Source: Armatimonadota bacterium
GTDB lineage: Bacteria > Armatimonadota > Fimbriimonadia > Fimbriimonadales > ATM1
DNA length: 11,372 nucleotides
NCBI GenBank assembly: GCA_013816225.1
Contig: JACDEQ010000048.1
Location: 1 to 11,372, forward strand
Reading direction: 5' to 3'
Below, piece after piece: positions 1 through 6,482 of this stretch (position 1 is its first letter; the number at the start of each line of letters is the position of its first letter). The notes below the pieces were generated by a model. It was not told the origin of the DNA. It worked only from the letters and a program-made list of their open reading frames with translations, and searched no databases. The translations under genes were made by a program, and so were the position numbers.

Positions 1-854
1 CTACTGCGGTGGGGTGGCTAAGCTGCATCAACAAAGGCGACCCTGTTATTACGGCCTATCGCGACCACGGCCACGCTCTGTATCTAGGTTGCGATCCCAT
101 CGCCACGATGGCAGAAATCATGGGCCGGTCTGGCGGGATGAGTCGCGGCAAGGGTGGCTCGATGCATTTGTACAGCAAGAAGCACAACTTTTTCGGGGGC
201 TGGGGAATCGTGGGCGGCCACGTACCCTTGGGCGTCGGGCTGGCTTTTGGTACCAAGTACAAGGGAGGCGACGAGGTTACCCACTGCTTCTTGGGGGACG
301 GCGCTGCGAACGCGGGCGTGGTTTACGAAGTCATGAATATGGCGTCGCTTTGGGACCTCCCAGTCATCCTCATCATCGAGAACAACGAATTCGCGATGGG
401 CACGCGTCTCGAATACCACGCCGCTGACCCCGAGATGCACAAGCGCGCTGAAGGCTTCAATATGGAACACGAGCGGATTGACGGAATGGACATCCTCGCT
501 CTTCGTAAGGACGGCAAACGGATTATCGACCGGGTCCGCAAAACCCAGCGCCCTTATCTCGTCGAGATCATGAACTACCGCTTCGCGGGGCACGGCGCAG
601 CGGACAACGACCAGGGCCTTTACCGTTCGCCGGAAGAGGTCGAGCGTGCGAAGCAGCGCGACCCATTGCACCTCTTGGGCTCCTACCTCGTGGAGCACGG
701 CGTTCTTTCTCAGAAAGAGCTTGACAACATGCGCGAGCAAGCGGAAGCGGAAATGGAGGCGGTTTACGAGAAGGCCTCCCAGTCGCCAAAGCCTGATCCT
801 GAGGAGGTCTACAACGATGTGTATAGCGACATGATCCCGGAGCCGGGGCACTAG
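1..854 (+). CDS. pdhA: 2-oxo-acid (pyruvate-type) dehydrogenase E1 component, alpha subunit; N-terminus lies upstream of window (partial)
   Basis: Translation contains the E1-alpha hallmarks YRDHG, GKGGSMHLY and the TPP-binding motif GDGAANAGVVYEVMNMASLWDLPVILIIENNEFAMGT. The frame is open to the window edge, the listed start is GTG at 9, and the protein is shorter than typical E1-alpha, so the 5' end is missing. Stop TAG at 852-854 abuts the next ATG. Confidence 0.85.
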   Translation, partial: TAVGWLSCINKGDPVITAYRDHGHALYLGCDPIATMAEIMGRSGGMSRGKGGSMHLYSKKHNFFGGWGIVGGHVPLGVGLAFGTKYKGGDEVTHCFLGDGAANAGVVYEVMNMASLWDLPVILIIENNEFAMGTRLEYHAADPEMHKRAEGFNMEHERIDGMDILALRKDGKRIIDRVRKTQRPYLVEIMNYRFAGHGAADNDQGLYRSPEEVERAKQRDPLHLLGSYLVEHGVLSQKELDNMREQAEAEMEAVYEKASQSPKPDPEEVYNDVYSDMIPEPGH

Positions 855-1829
855 ATGATTCTCACTTACCGTGACGCCCTTCGCAAGGCGATGACAGATG
901 AGATAGAGAGGGACGAGAACGTCTTCCTCATCGGCGAGGACATTGGCCGCTACCAGGGCACTTTTCGAGTGACTCAAGGCCTCTTCGAGCAGTTCAAGCA
1001 GAAGCGCGTCCTCGACACGCCGATTTCCGAGCCCGGAGTGGTCGGCATCGCCACCGGTGCGGCGATGGTAGGTCTGCGGCCGATTGTCGAGATGATGACG
1101 ATGAGCTTCTCGATCCTTGCTCTCGACCAGATCATCAACCACGCGGCAAAGATTCACTACATGACCGGTGGCCAGTTCACGGTTCCGATGGTGGTTCGTG
1201 GTCCAGGCGGCGCAGCGAATCAGCTGAGCGCCCAGCATAGCCACAGCATGGAGGGATGGTACGCCCACGTCCCTGGCCTGAAGGTTGTTGCTCCCAGCAC
1301 GCCTCGCGATGCCTACGGGATGCTGAAGACCGCGGTGCGCGACGACAACCCAGTGGTCTTCACCGAGAACCCAGGCTTGTACGCCGTCAAGGGCGAGATC
1401 CCCGAGGATGAGGATTTCACAATCCCGTTCGGGAAGTGCGCTATACGCGCGGAGGGGAAGGATATCACGCTGATCGGATACTCGCGTATGGCCCTCGTTT
1501 GCATGGAGGTCGCTGAAGAGCTCGATAAAGAGGGCATCAGCGCGGAGGTGATCGATGTTCGTTCGCTGCTACCGCTCGACAGCGAGACCATCTTCAACTC
1601 CGTGAATAAGACGCACCGTGCGGTCGTTCTGTACGAGGACTGGAAGTCCGGCGGATTCGGCGCCGAGTTGGTCGCTCGAATTCAAGATTCATGCTTCGAC
1701 CATCTCGACGCCCCGATCGGACGCGTCGGCGGTCTGAATGTGCCGATGCCTTACGCACGCAACCTCGAGCTTCTGTGCATCCCGAGCAAAGACGATCTGT
1801 TGGCTCAGGTTCGCAAGACATTGGCGTAA
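855..1829 (+). CDS. pdhB: 2-oxo-acid (pyruvate-type) dehydrogenase E1 component, beta subunit
   Basis: 324 aa with E1-beta/transketolase-like motifs (GEDIGRYQGTFRVTQGL, DTPISEPGVVGIATGAAMVGLRPIVEMMTMSF, DQIINHAAKIHYMTGG). The start codon directly abuts the pdhA stop (translational coupling). PDH versus acetoin-DH E1 cannot be resolved from sequence alone. Confidence 0.85.
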   Translation: MILTYRDALRKAMTDEIERDENVFLIGEDIGRYQGTFRVTQGLFEQFKQKRVLDTPISEPGVVGIATGAAMVGLRPIVEMMTMSFSILALDQIINHAAKIHYMTGGQFTVPMVVRGPGGAANQLSAQHSHSMEGWYAHVPGLKVVAPSTPRDAYGMLKTAVRDDNPVVFTENPGLYAVKGEIPEDEDFTIPFGKCAIRAEGKDITLIGYSRMALVCMEVAEELDKEGISAEVIDVRSLLPLDSETIFNSVNKTHRAVVLYEDWKSGGFGAELVARIQDSCFDHLDAPIGRVGGLNVPMPYARNLELLCIPSKDDLLAQVRKTLA

Positions 1830-1875
1830 CCGCAAGGGGTTACAATCGCGGGCATCCGTCCTTCACAATAGGAGG

Positions 1876-3150
1876 ATGAATGATGCCGCGATCGCCGGAC
1901 TGTTCGATCTGATAAATGAGAAGGGAATCGGTGAGGCCGTAAAGCGCGTGTCCGATGAAGAAGCGATTCGACTCACCGAGGAGTACGGCACCCACAATTA
2001 CCACCCTCTTCACGTCAACATCGTTCGCGGCGACGGGATTTACGCATACGACGGGAGCGGCACCGAATACATCGACTGCATCGGGAGCTATTCGGCCGTC
2101 GCACACGGCCACCTCAACGAGGCCGTCTCCAATGTCGTGAGAAAGCAGCTCGACAAAATCACACTAACCAGTAGAGCGGTCTATACATCCGAAATGGCGC
2201 TGCTCTTGCAAGGGCTTTGCGAGTACACCGAAATGGACATGGCGTGCCCGATGAACACCGGCGCGGAGGCCGTCGAAACCGCGATCAAGCTCGCGAGGAA
2301 GTGGGCTTACACGATCAAGGGCGTTCCCACAAACCGGGCCGAAATCATCGTCGCGAATGAGAATTTCCACGGGCGAACCACGACGATCGTCGGCTTTAGC
2401 AGCGAGGCGCAGTACAAGGAAGGCTTCGGGCCTTTCACTCCGGGATTCAAGATGGTCGACTTCGGTGATACCGCCGCCCTGGAAGCGGCCATAACGCCGA
2501 ACACCGCCGCCGTCATAATGGAACCGATTCAGGCGGAAGGCGGGATTATCTTTCCGCCCGGTGGATATATGGCCGCCGCGCGCGGACTATGCACGATGAA
2601 CAACCTGATGCTCATTTGGGACGAAATCCAGACCGGATTCTGCCGAACAGGCAAGAGATTCGCGTGGCAATACGAGGATGCTAAGCCTGACATGATGTGC
2701 CTCGGAAAGGCGCTTGGCGGCGGACTGTATCCCGTCTCCGCCGTTGTCGGTGCGCGCAAGGTGATGAGCGTATTCGTCCCCGGCGATCACGGAAGCACAT
2801 TTGGCGGGAATCCACTCGCGTCTGTAATCGCTCTGGCGGCGATGGCAGAGATGGAGTCGAAGGACTACGCCGGCCGCAGCGCGGCGATGGGGGCCAGGCT
2901 GCTCGAAGGCCTTGGGGCCCTCCCACATAGCTCCATCGAAGACGTTAGGGGAAGGGGCCTGTTGGTAGGCATCGAAGTTCGGGAAGGCGTGGACACGAAG
3001 GCCCTCACCCAAGGGTTCCTGAACGAACGAATCCTGACAAAGGAGACGAGGAGCCGGACCTTCCGATACGCTCCACCCCTGATTATTTCTGAGTCGCAGA
3101 TCGACGAAATTGTAGCGAGAACTTCGCGCGCTCTCGACGCGGTTAGCTAA
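1876..3150 (+). CDS. rocD: ornithine aminotransferase (class-III PLP-dependent aminotransferase)
   Basis: OAT-specific N-terminal motif EYGTHNYHPLHV (consensus YGAHNYHPLPV), GSYSAVAHGH, and the PLP-lysine region CLGKALGGGLYPVSAVVG (OAT: LLGKALSGGLYPVSAV). ATG at 1876 is the first in-frame ATG after the pdhB stop. The listed ORF start at 1738 overlaps pdhB in another frame and is rejected. Confidence 0.8.
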   Translation: MNDAAIAGLFDLINEKGIGEAVKRVSDEEAIRLTEEYGTHNYHPLHVNIVRGDGIYAYDGSGTEYIDCIGSYSAVAHGHLNEAVSNVVRKQLDKITLTSRAVYTSEMALLLQGLCEYTEMDMACPMNTGAEAVETAIKLARKWAYTIKGVPTNRAEIIVANENFHGRTTTIVGFSSEAQYKEGFGPFTPGFKMVDFGDTAALEAAITPNTAAVIMEPIQAEGGIIFPPGGYMAAARGLCTMNNLMLIWDEIQTGFCRTGKRFAWQYEDAKPDMMCLGKALGGGLYPVSAVVGARKVMSVFVPGDHGSTFGGNPLASVIALAAMAEMESKDYAGRSAAMGARLLEGLGALPHSSIEDVRGRGLLVGIEVREGVDTKALTQGFLNERILTKETRSRTFRYAPPLIISESQIDEIVARTSRALDAVS

Positions 3151-3195
3151 ACCTCAACGTCGCACAGCCTAAAGCTGTAATATGTTAGGCGGGCG

Positions 3196-3756
3196 ATGCT
3201 GACTTTCTACATCATTTCTGCGATTGTGGGTGGAATCTTGATCCTCGCTTCGGCGTTTGCGAGCGACGACCATCATTTCCACTTCGGTGGCGGGGATTCT
3301 CACGATGCTGACGGTATCCATGCGGATGTTTACATACCGTTCTTTAGCCTCAGATTCTGGACCTATTTTTTCACCTTCTTCGGTGTCACAGGCTTGTCGC
3401 TGACGAATTTTACGACCCTCGCCGCAGGCCTCGTCCCCTGGCTTGCGGGCGCTACAGGTTTGGTATCCGGCCTGCTCGTGTTTTTCAGCATGATGGCCTT
3501 GCGGAGGAACGAGGTAGACAGCAGCGTTTCTCAGGAGGACATCGTCGGTTCGGAAGCCAAGGTGCTCCTATCGATATCAGAGGGGAAACCCGGAAAGATT
3601 CGGTGCGCGATAAAGGGTGAGCTTTTGGACTTAGTCGCGTTCACGTCCGAAAAATCGCCAATAGAAGTCGGGGCGCGGGCGTTGGTCGTGAGCATCCAGA
3701 ATGGCAACGCGGAAGTAGTATCGTTGACGGCGATGCTCGAAGAAGGGAGGAGTTAA
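3196..3756 (+). CDS. NfeD/YuaF-like membrane protein (short NfeD with C-terminal OB-fold), partner of SPFH/flotillin proteins
   Basis: 186 aa. Hydrophobic N-terminal helices (MLTFYIISAIVGGILILASAFA; FWTYFFTFFGVTGLSL; LVPWLAGATGLVSGLLVFF) followed by a C-terminal soluble beta-rich segment (GSEAKVLLSISEGKPGKIRCAIKGELLDLVAFTSEKSPIEVGARALVVSIQNGNAEVV) typical of the NfeD OB-fold. It lies immediately upstream of the flotillin genes with a 4-nt gap, as in B. subtilis yuaF-floT. Confidence 0.7.
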   Translation: MLTFYIISAIVGGILILASAFASDDHHFHFGGGDSHDADGIHADVYIPFFSLRFWTYFFTFFGVTGLSLTNFTTLAAGLVPWLAGATGLVSGLLVFFSMMALRRNEVDSSVSQEDIVGSEAKVLLSISEGKPGKIRCAIKGELLDLVAFTSEKSPIEVGARALVVSIQNGNAEVVSLTAMLEEGRS

Positions 3757-3760
3757 AAGC

Positions 3761-4414
3761 ATGTTCGATTTCTTGCGGGAATGGACCACGATTCACTGGT
3801 CGATTGCGGGCGGCCTCGCCTTCGGGCTCGGCTTGTTGGTCCTGCTGGCGTTCATCAAGAATTTCCTCTATATCTGCACTCCCAACCAGGTTTTGATCTT
3901 TTCGGGTGGCCAGAAGCACCGGTTGCCCGACGGCTCGTACCGCGGATTTAGGGTGGTATTCGGCGGGCGGGGCTGGCGTAAACCATTCTTCGAACGCGTC
4001 AGCCGGATGAGCCTCAACCTTATGGAGGTGCCCATTCACATTCGCGGCGCCTATTCGAAAGGTGGTATTCCGCTCATCGTCGAAGCGATCGCCAACATCA
4101 AGATTTCGAGCGATCCGGTTCTTATCGGCAACGCGATCGAGCGCTTCTTGGGGCGCGATCCGGAGGAGATTCGGCGCGTGGCGAAGGAGACCTTGGAAGG
4201 ACATCTTCGGGGAGTTCTCGCTAAACTCACGCCGGAAGAGGTCAACGAGGACCGCCTCAAATTCGCAGCCGAGCTGAGCCAAGAATCGCAAGACGACCTT
4301 AGTAAGTTGGGGATCCAGGTAGACACACTCAAGATTCAGCACGTCTCCGACGATGTCAAGTATTTGGACTCGATCGGACGTGAAGCGATTGCCAATGTTG
4401 TCCGCGATGCCTAA
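3761..4414 (+). CDS. flotillin paralog 1, N-terminal fragment (TM anchor + SPFH/band-7 domain), terminated by in-frame TAA
   Basis: Membrane anchor plus ICTPNQVLIFSGG and an SPFH core ending in the conserved LKIQHVSDDVKYLDSIGR. Alignable residue-for-residue with the N-terminal half of the downstream intact flotillin (5055..6371). RBS GGGAGGAG at 3747-3754. Confidence 0.75.
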   Translation: MFDFLREWTTIHWSIAGGLAFGLGLLVLLAFIKNFLYICTPNQVLIFSGGQKHRLPDGSYRGFRVVFGGRGWRKPFFERVSRMSLNLMEVPIHIRGAYSKGGIPLIVEAIANIKISSDPVLIGNAIERFLGRDPEEIRRVAKETLEGHLRGVLAKLTPEEVNEDRLKFAAELSQESQDDLSKLGIQVDTLKIQHVSDDVKYLDSIGREAIANVVRDA

Positions 4415-4432
4415 ATTGCGGAGAGTGACGCG

Positions 4433-5053
4433 ATGCGCGCCGCCGCGCAGGCTGAAGCGGAAGCCGAGGGGCGGGCGAAGGTCATCGAAGCGAACGTCGA
4501 CGCGGCCGTCTTTAGGCTTCACAACGATCTGCGAAGAATCCAAGCGGAGTTGGAGTCACAAGTCAAGTCGGAGGAGGAGCGCACGACGGCGGCCGCCCGA
4601 GAGGCACGAGCCGTGGCCGAGCAAGAGTGGCAGCAGGTCAGGGCAGCCGTGGAGGAGATACGCCTAAAGGCTGACAAGGTGCTGCCTGCGGATGCGGCGC
4701 GGACCGCGCAGGAATTCAAGGCGCAGGGCGATGCCGCATCCATCCGAGAAAGGGGGCAGGCTGTTGGACAAGCCCTCGATATGCTTAACGCGGCTTGGTC
4801 GAGCGCCGGTGACAATGCCCTCTCGATATACCTAATCGAAGACATCGAGAATATCTTGAGCGCCGCGGCCAAGGGTGTTTCGAAGGTGAAGATCGGCAAC
4901 CTGAATATCATCGACAGCGGCGACGGGGAAACCCTGTCGTCCTACGTGTCGGCGTATCCGGCCATGCTTTCGTCGATCTTCGACGCCGTGGCGAAGACCA
5001 CCGGTATAGACATTCCGGGATCGATTTCCGGCGTGAAGAAGGAAGGCAAATAA
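4433..5053 (+). CDS. flotillin paralog 1, C-terminal fragment (Ala/Glu-rich coiled-coil + flotillin C-terminal domain)
   Basis: Same reading frame as 3761..4414 (4433-3761 is divisible by 3). AQAEAEAEGRAKVIE EA-repeat region and C-terminal ...ALSIYLIEDIENILSAAAKGVSKVKIGNLNIIDSGDG, which aligns with ...DVFLLQKLDKVIETITSVVAETEIEKLTMIDSSGTG of paralog 2. Own ATG preceded by GGAGAG (4421-4426). Confidence 0.65.
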   Translation: MRAAAQAEAEAEGRAKVIEANVDAAVFRLHNDLRRIQAELESQVKSEEERTTAAAREARAVAEQEWQQVRAAVEEIRLKADKVLPADAARTAQEFKAQGDAASIRERGQAVGQALDMLNAAWSSAGDNALSIYLIEDIENILSAAAKGVSKVKIGNLNIIDSGDGETLSSYVSAYPAMLSSIFDAVAKTTGIDIPGSISGVKKEGK

Positions 5054-5054
5054 T

Positions 5055-6371
5055 ATGGATTGGGCTGCCATTATCATCGGCATTCTCATCGTCGCGGCGG
5101 TAGCCGTCTTCATCACGATTACCAGGCTCATTCAGATTTGCGAGCCGAACGAAGTGCTCATTTTTTCGGGGACTCGTCGCCGCTTGGCGGACCGATCCAT
5201 CGGCTACCGGATCATCAAAGGCGGTATGGGCGTTCGCAAACCTCTCATCGAGCGCGTCGACAAGATGGACCTTACCAACATGATCATCGACGTCTCGGCG
5301 TCGAACGCTTACTCCAAAGGCGGGGTCCCCCTCACGGTTCAAGGTGTCGCAAACGTGAAGATCGCCGGGCACGAACCCGTCCTGAACAACGCGATCGAGC
5401 GATTCCTTGGTAAGACGAGGGCCGAGGTGATGTCGATCGCGAAGGCGACGCTCGAGGGCAGCCTTCGTGGCGTTCTTGCGACACTTACGCCAGAGCAGGT
5501 GAACGAAGACAAACTGCTGTTTGCCGAGAAGCTCGTCCAGGAAGTGGAGCACGACATGACGAGCCTCGGTCTGGTCGTCGATACGCTCAAGATTCAAAAC
5601 GTCCAAGACGACGTCAAGTACCTGGATTCCATCGGCCGCAAACAGACCGCCGAAGTGGTTCGCGTGGCGCGGATCGCTGAAGCGAAAGCGATGTCCGAGG
5701 CGGCCATTAGGTCAGCCGAGAACCGAGAAAGGGAAGTCACCGCCCAAATCACCGCCCAGGTATCGATCGCCAAGGCGGACGCCCAAAAGCGGTTGACCGA
5801 CGCGCTAACGAGACGCGACGCTGTCGTCGCCGAGGAGCAAGCGACAGTTGCTGCCGCGCTGGCATCGGCCAAAGCCGAGGTAGGCGTCCAGACCGCACGC
5901 GTCGAACAGGTGAAAGGACAACTGGACGCCGACGTTGTGCAGCCGGCCAAAGCCGCTCGCCTTGCTGCGGAAGCGGCAGCGAAAGCATCAGCTGCGCCCA
6001 TCATACAAGACGGTAAGGCGCGAGCGGAGGTCCTCCAAACCCTTGCCGACAGTTGGGTAAAGGCGGGTAAGAACGCTCGCGATGTTTTCCTGCTTCAGAA
6101 GCTGGACAAAGTGATCGAGACCATTACCTCCGTGGTTGCCGAGACGGAAATCGAGAAGCTGACGATGATCGATTCCAGTGGAACAGGCGCAACGCAACCT
6201 ATGAAAGCGGTGGCAACCCTCGAACAGATAAAAGAGATTTTCGGCATCGATGTGGTCGGCAAATTGAAATCGCTCGGCGAGCACAACGCCCTGCCGGCAA
6301 ACAGGAACGATGAGGCCCCTTTCGAGGAAACGCGCGAAATTCTCACACCGAAATCTACCCCTGACAGTTAA
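5055..6371 (+). CDS. floT: flotillin (SPFH/band-7 family, FloT/YuaG-like), intact paralog 2
   Basis: 438 aa. N-terminal TM helix, ICEPNEVLIFSG, SPFH core, conserved DDVKYLDSIGRKQTAEVVRVARIAEAKA, long Ala/Glu-rich coiled-coil and flotillin C-terminal region. RBS GGAAGG at 5041-5046. Start is 1 nt after the upstream stop. Confidence 0.85.
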   Translation: MDWAAIIIGILIVAAVAVFITITRLIQICEPNEVLIFSGTRRRLADRSIGYRIIKGGMGVRKPLIERVDKMDLTNMIIDVSASNAYSKGGVPLTVQGVANVKIAGHEPVLNNAIERFLGKTRAEVMSIAKATLEGSLRGVLATLTPEQVNEDKLLFAEKLVQEVEHDMTSLGLVVDTLKIQNVQDDVKYLDSIGRKQTAEVVRVARIAEAKAMSEAAIRSAENREREVTAQITAQVSIAKADAQKRLTDALTRRDAVVAEEQATVAAALASAKAEVGVQTARVEQVKGQLDADVVQPAKAARLAAEAAAKASAAPIIQDGKARAEVLQTLADSWVKAGKNARDVFLLQKLDKVIETITSVVAETEIEKLTMIDSSGTGATQPMKAVATLEQIKEIFGIDVVGKLKSLGEHNALPANRNDEAPFEETREILTPKSTPDS

Positions 6372-6470
6372 AAGTCGGCTATTATGGCGGTAGTGCACGG
6401 GTTGCCGCCTATTCCCGTGTCAAGTCTTGATTTACCATAGCCTAATGCTCTGCAGTTTGCGGGGCCTAGG

Positions 6471-6477
6471 AAGGAGG
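6471..6477 (+). promoter_or_regulatory. Shine-Dalgarno AAGGAGG, 5-nt spacer to ATG 6483
   Basis: Perfect anti-SD complement at canonical spacing upstream of the 748-aa ORF. Confidence 0.7.
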
Positions 6478-6482
6478 AACAG

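Larger units (their letters stand above)
3761..5053 (+). pseudogene. flotillin paralog 1 considered as a single gene interrupted by an in-frame TAA nonsense codon (4412-4414)
   Basis: Read through the TAA, the two ORFs give a ~431-aa protein collinear with the 438-aa paralog 2. The stop aligns with Arg in the paralog (VVRVARIAEAKAM versus VVRDA*IAESDAM). Confidence 0.55.

Noticed and set aside
84-1268. 394-aa ORF on the minus strand
   Set aside because: Lies entirely antisense to pdhA/pdhB, which have unambiguous family motifs. Long spurious antisense ORFs are expected in GC-rich DNA. No recognisable motifs.
1738-1875. Upstream extension of the rocD reading frame (listed ORF start 1738)
   Set aside because: Overlaps the 3' end of pdhB in another frame. 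The translated extension (MCRCLTHATSSFCASRAKTICWLRF...) is not aminotransferase-like. The first ATG after the pdhB stop is at 1876, immediately after AGGAGG.
4353-4667. 104-aa Arg/Ser-rich ORF in an alternative + frame
   Set aside because: Overlaps the flotillin fragments out of frame. Low-complexity Arg-rich translation typical of off-frame reading of GC-rich coding DNA.
4908-5606. 232-aa minus-strand ORF
   Set aside because: Antisense to the well-supported flotillin paralog 2 N-terminus. No motifs.
5594-6004. 136-aa Ala-rich minus-strand ORF
   Set aside because: Antisense reading of the Ala/Glu-rich coiled-coil region of flotillin (GCN-rich codons read as Ala/Ser/Thr on the opposite strand).
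6385-6410. Small hairpin GGCGG-N14-CCGCC just after the flotillin stop, considered as a terminator
   Set aside because: Only a 5-bp stem with a large loop and no trailing U-tract. Too weak to call. Operon end probably relies on something else or reads through.
6427-6448. TTGATT ... TAATGC as a promoter for the 748-aa gene
   Set aside because: Spacer between the candidate -35 and -10 is only ~10 nt. I could not find a convincing sigma70 arrangement in the 111-bp gap.
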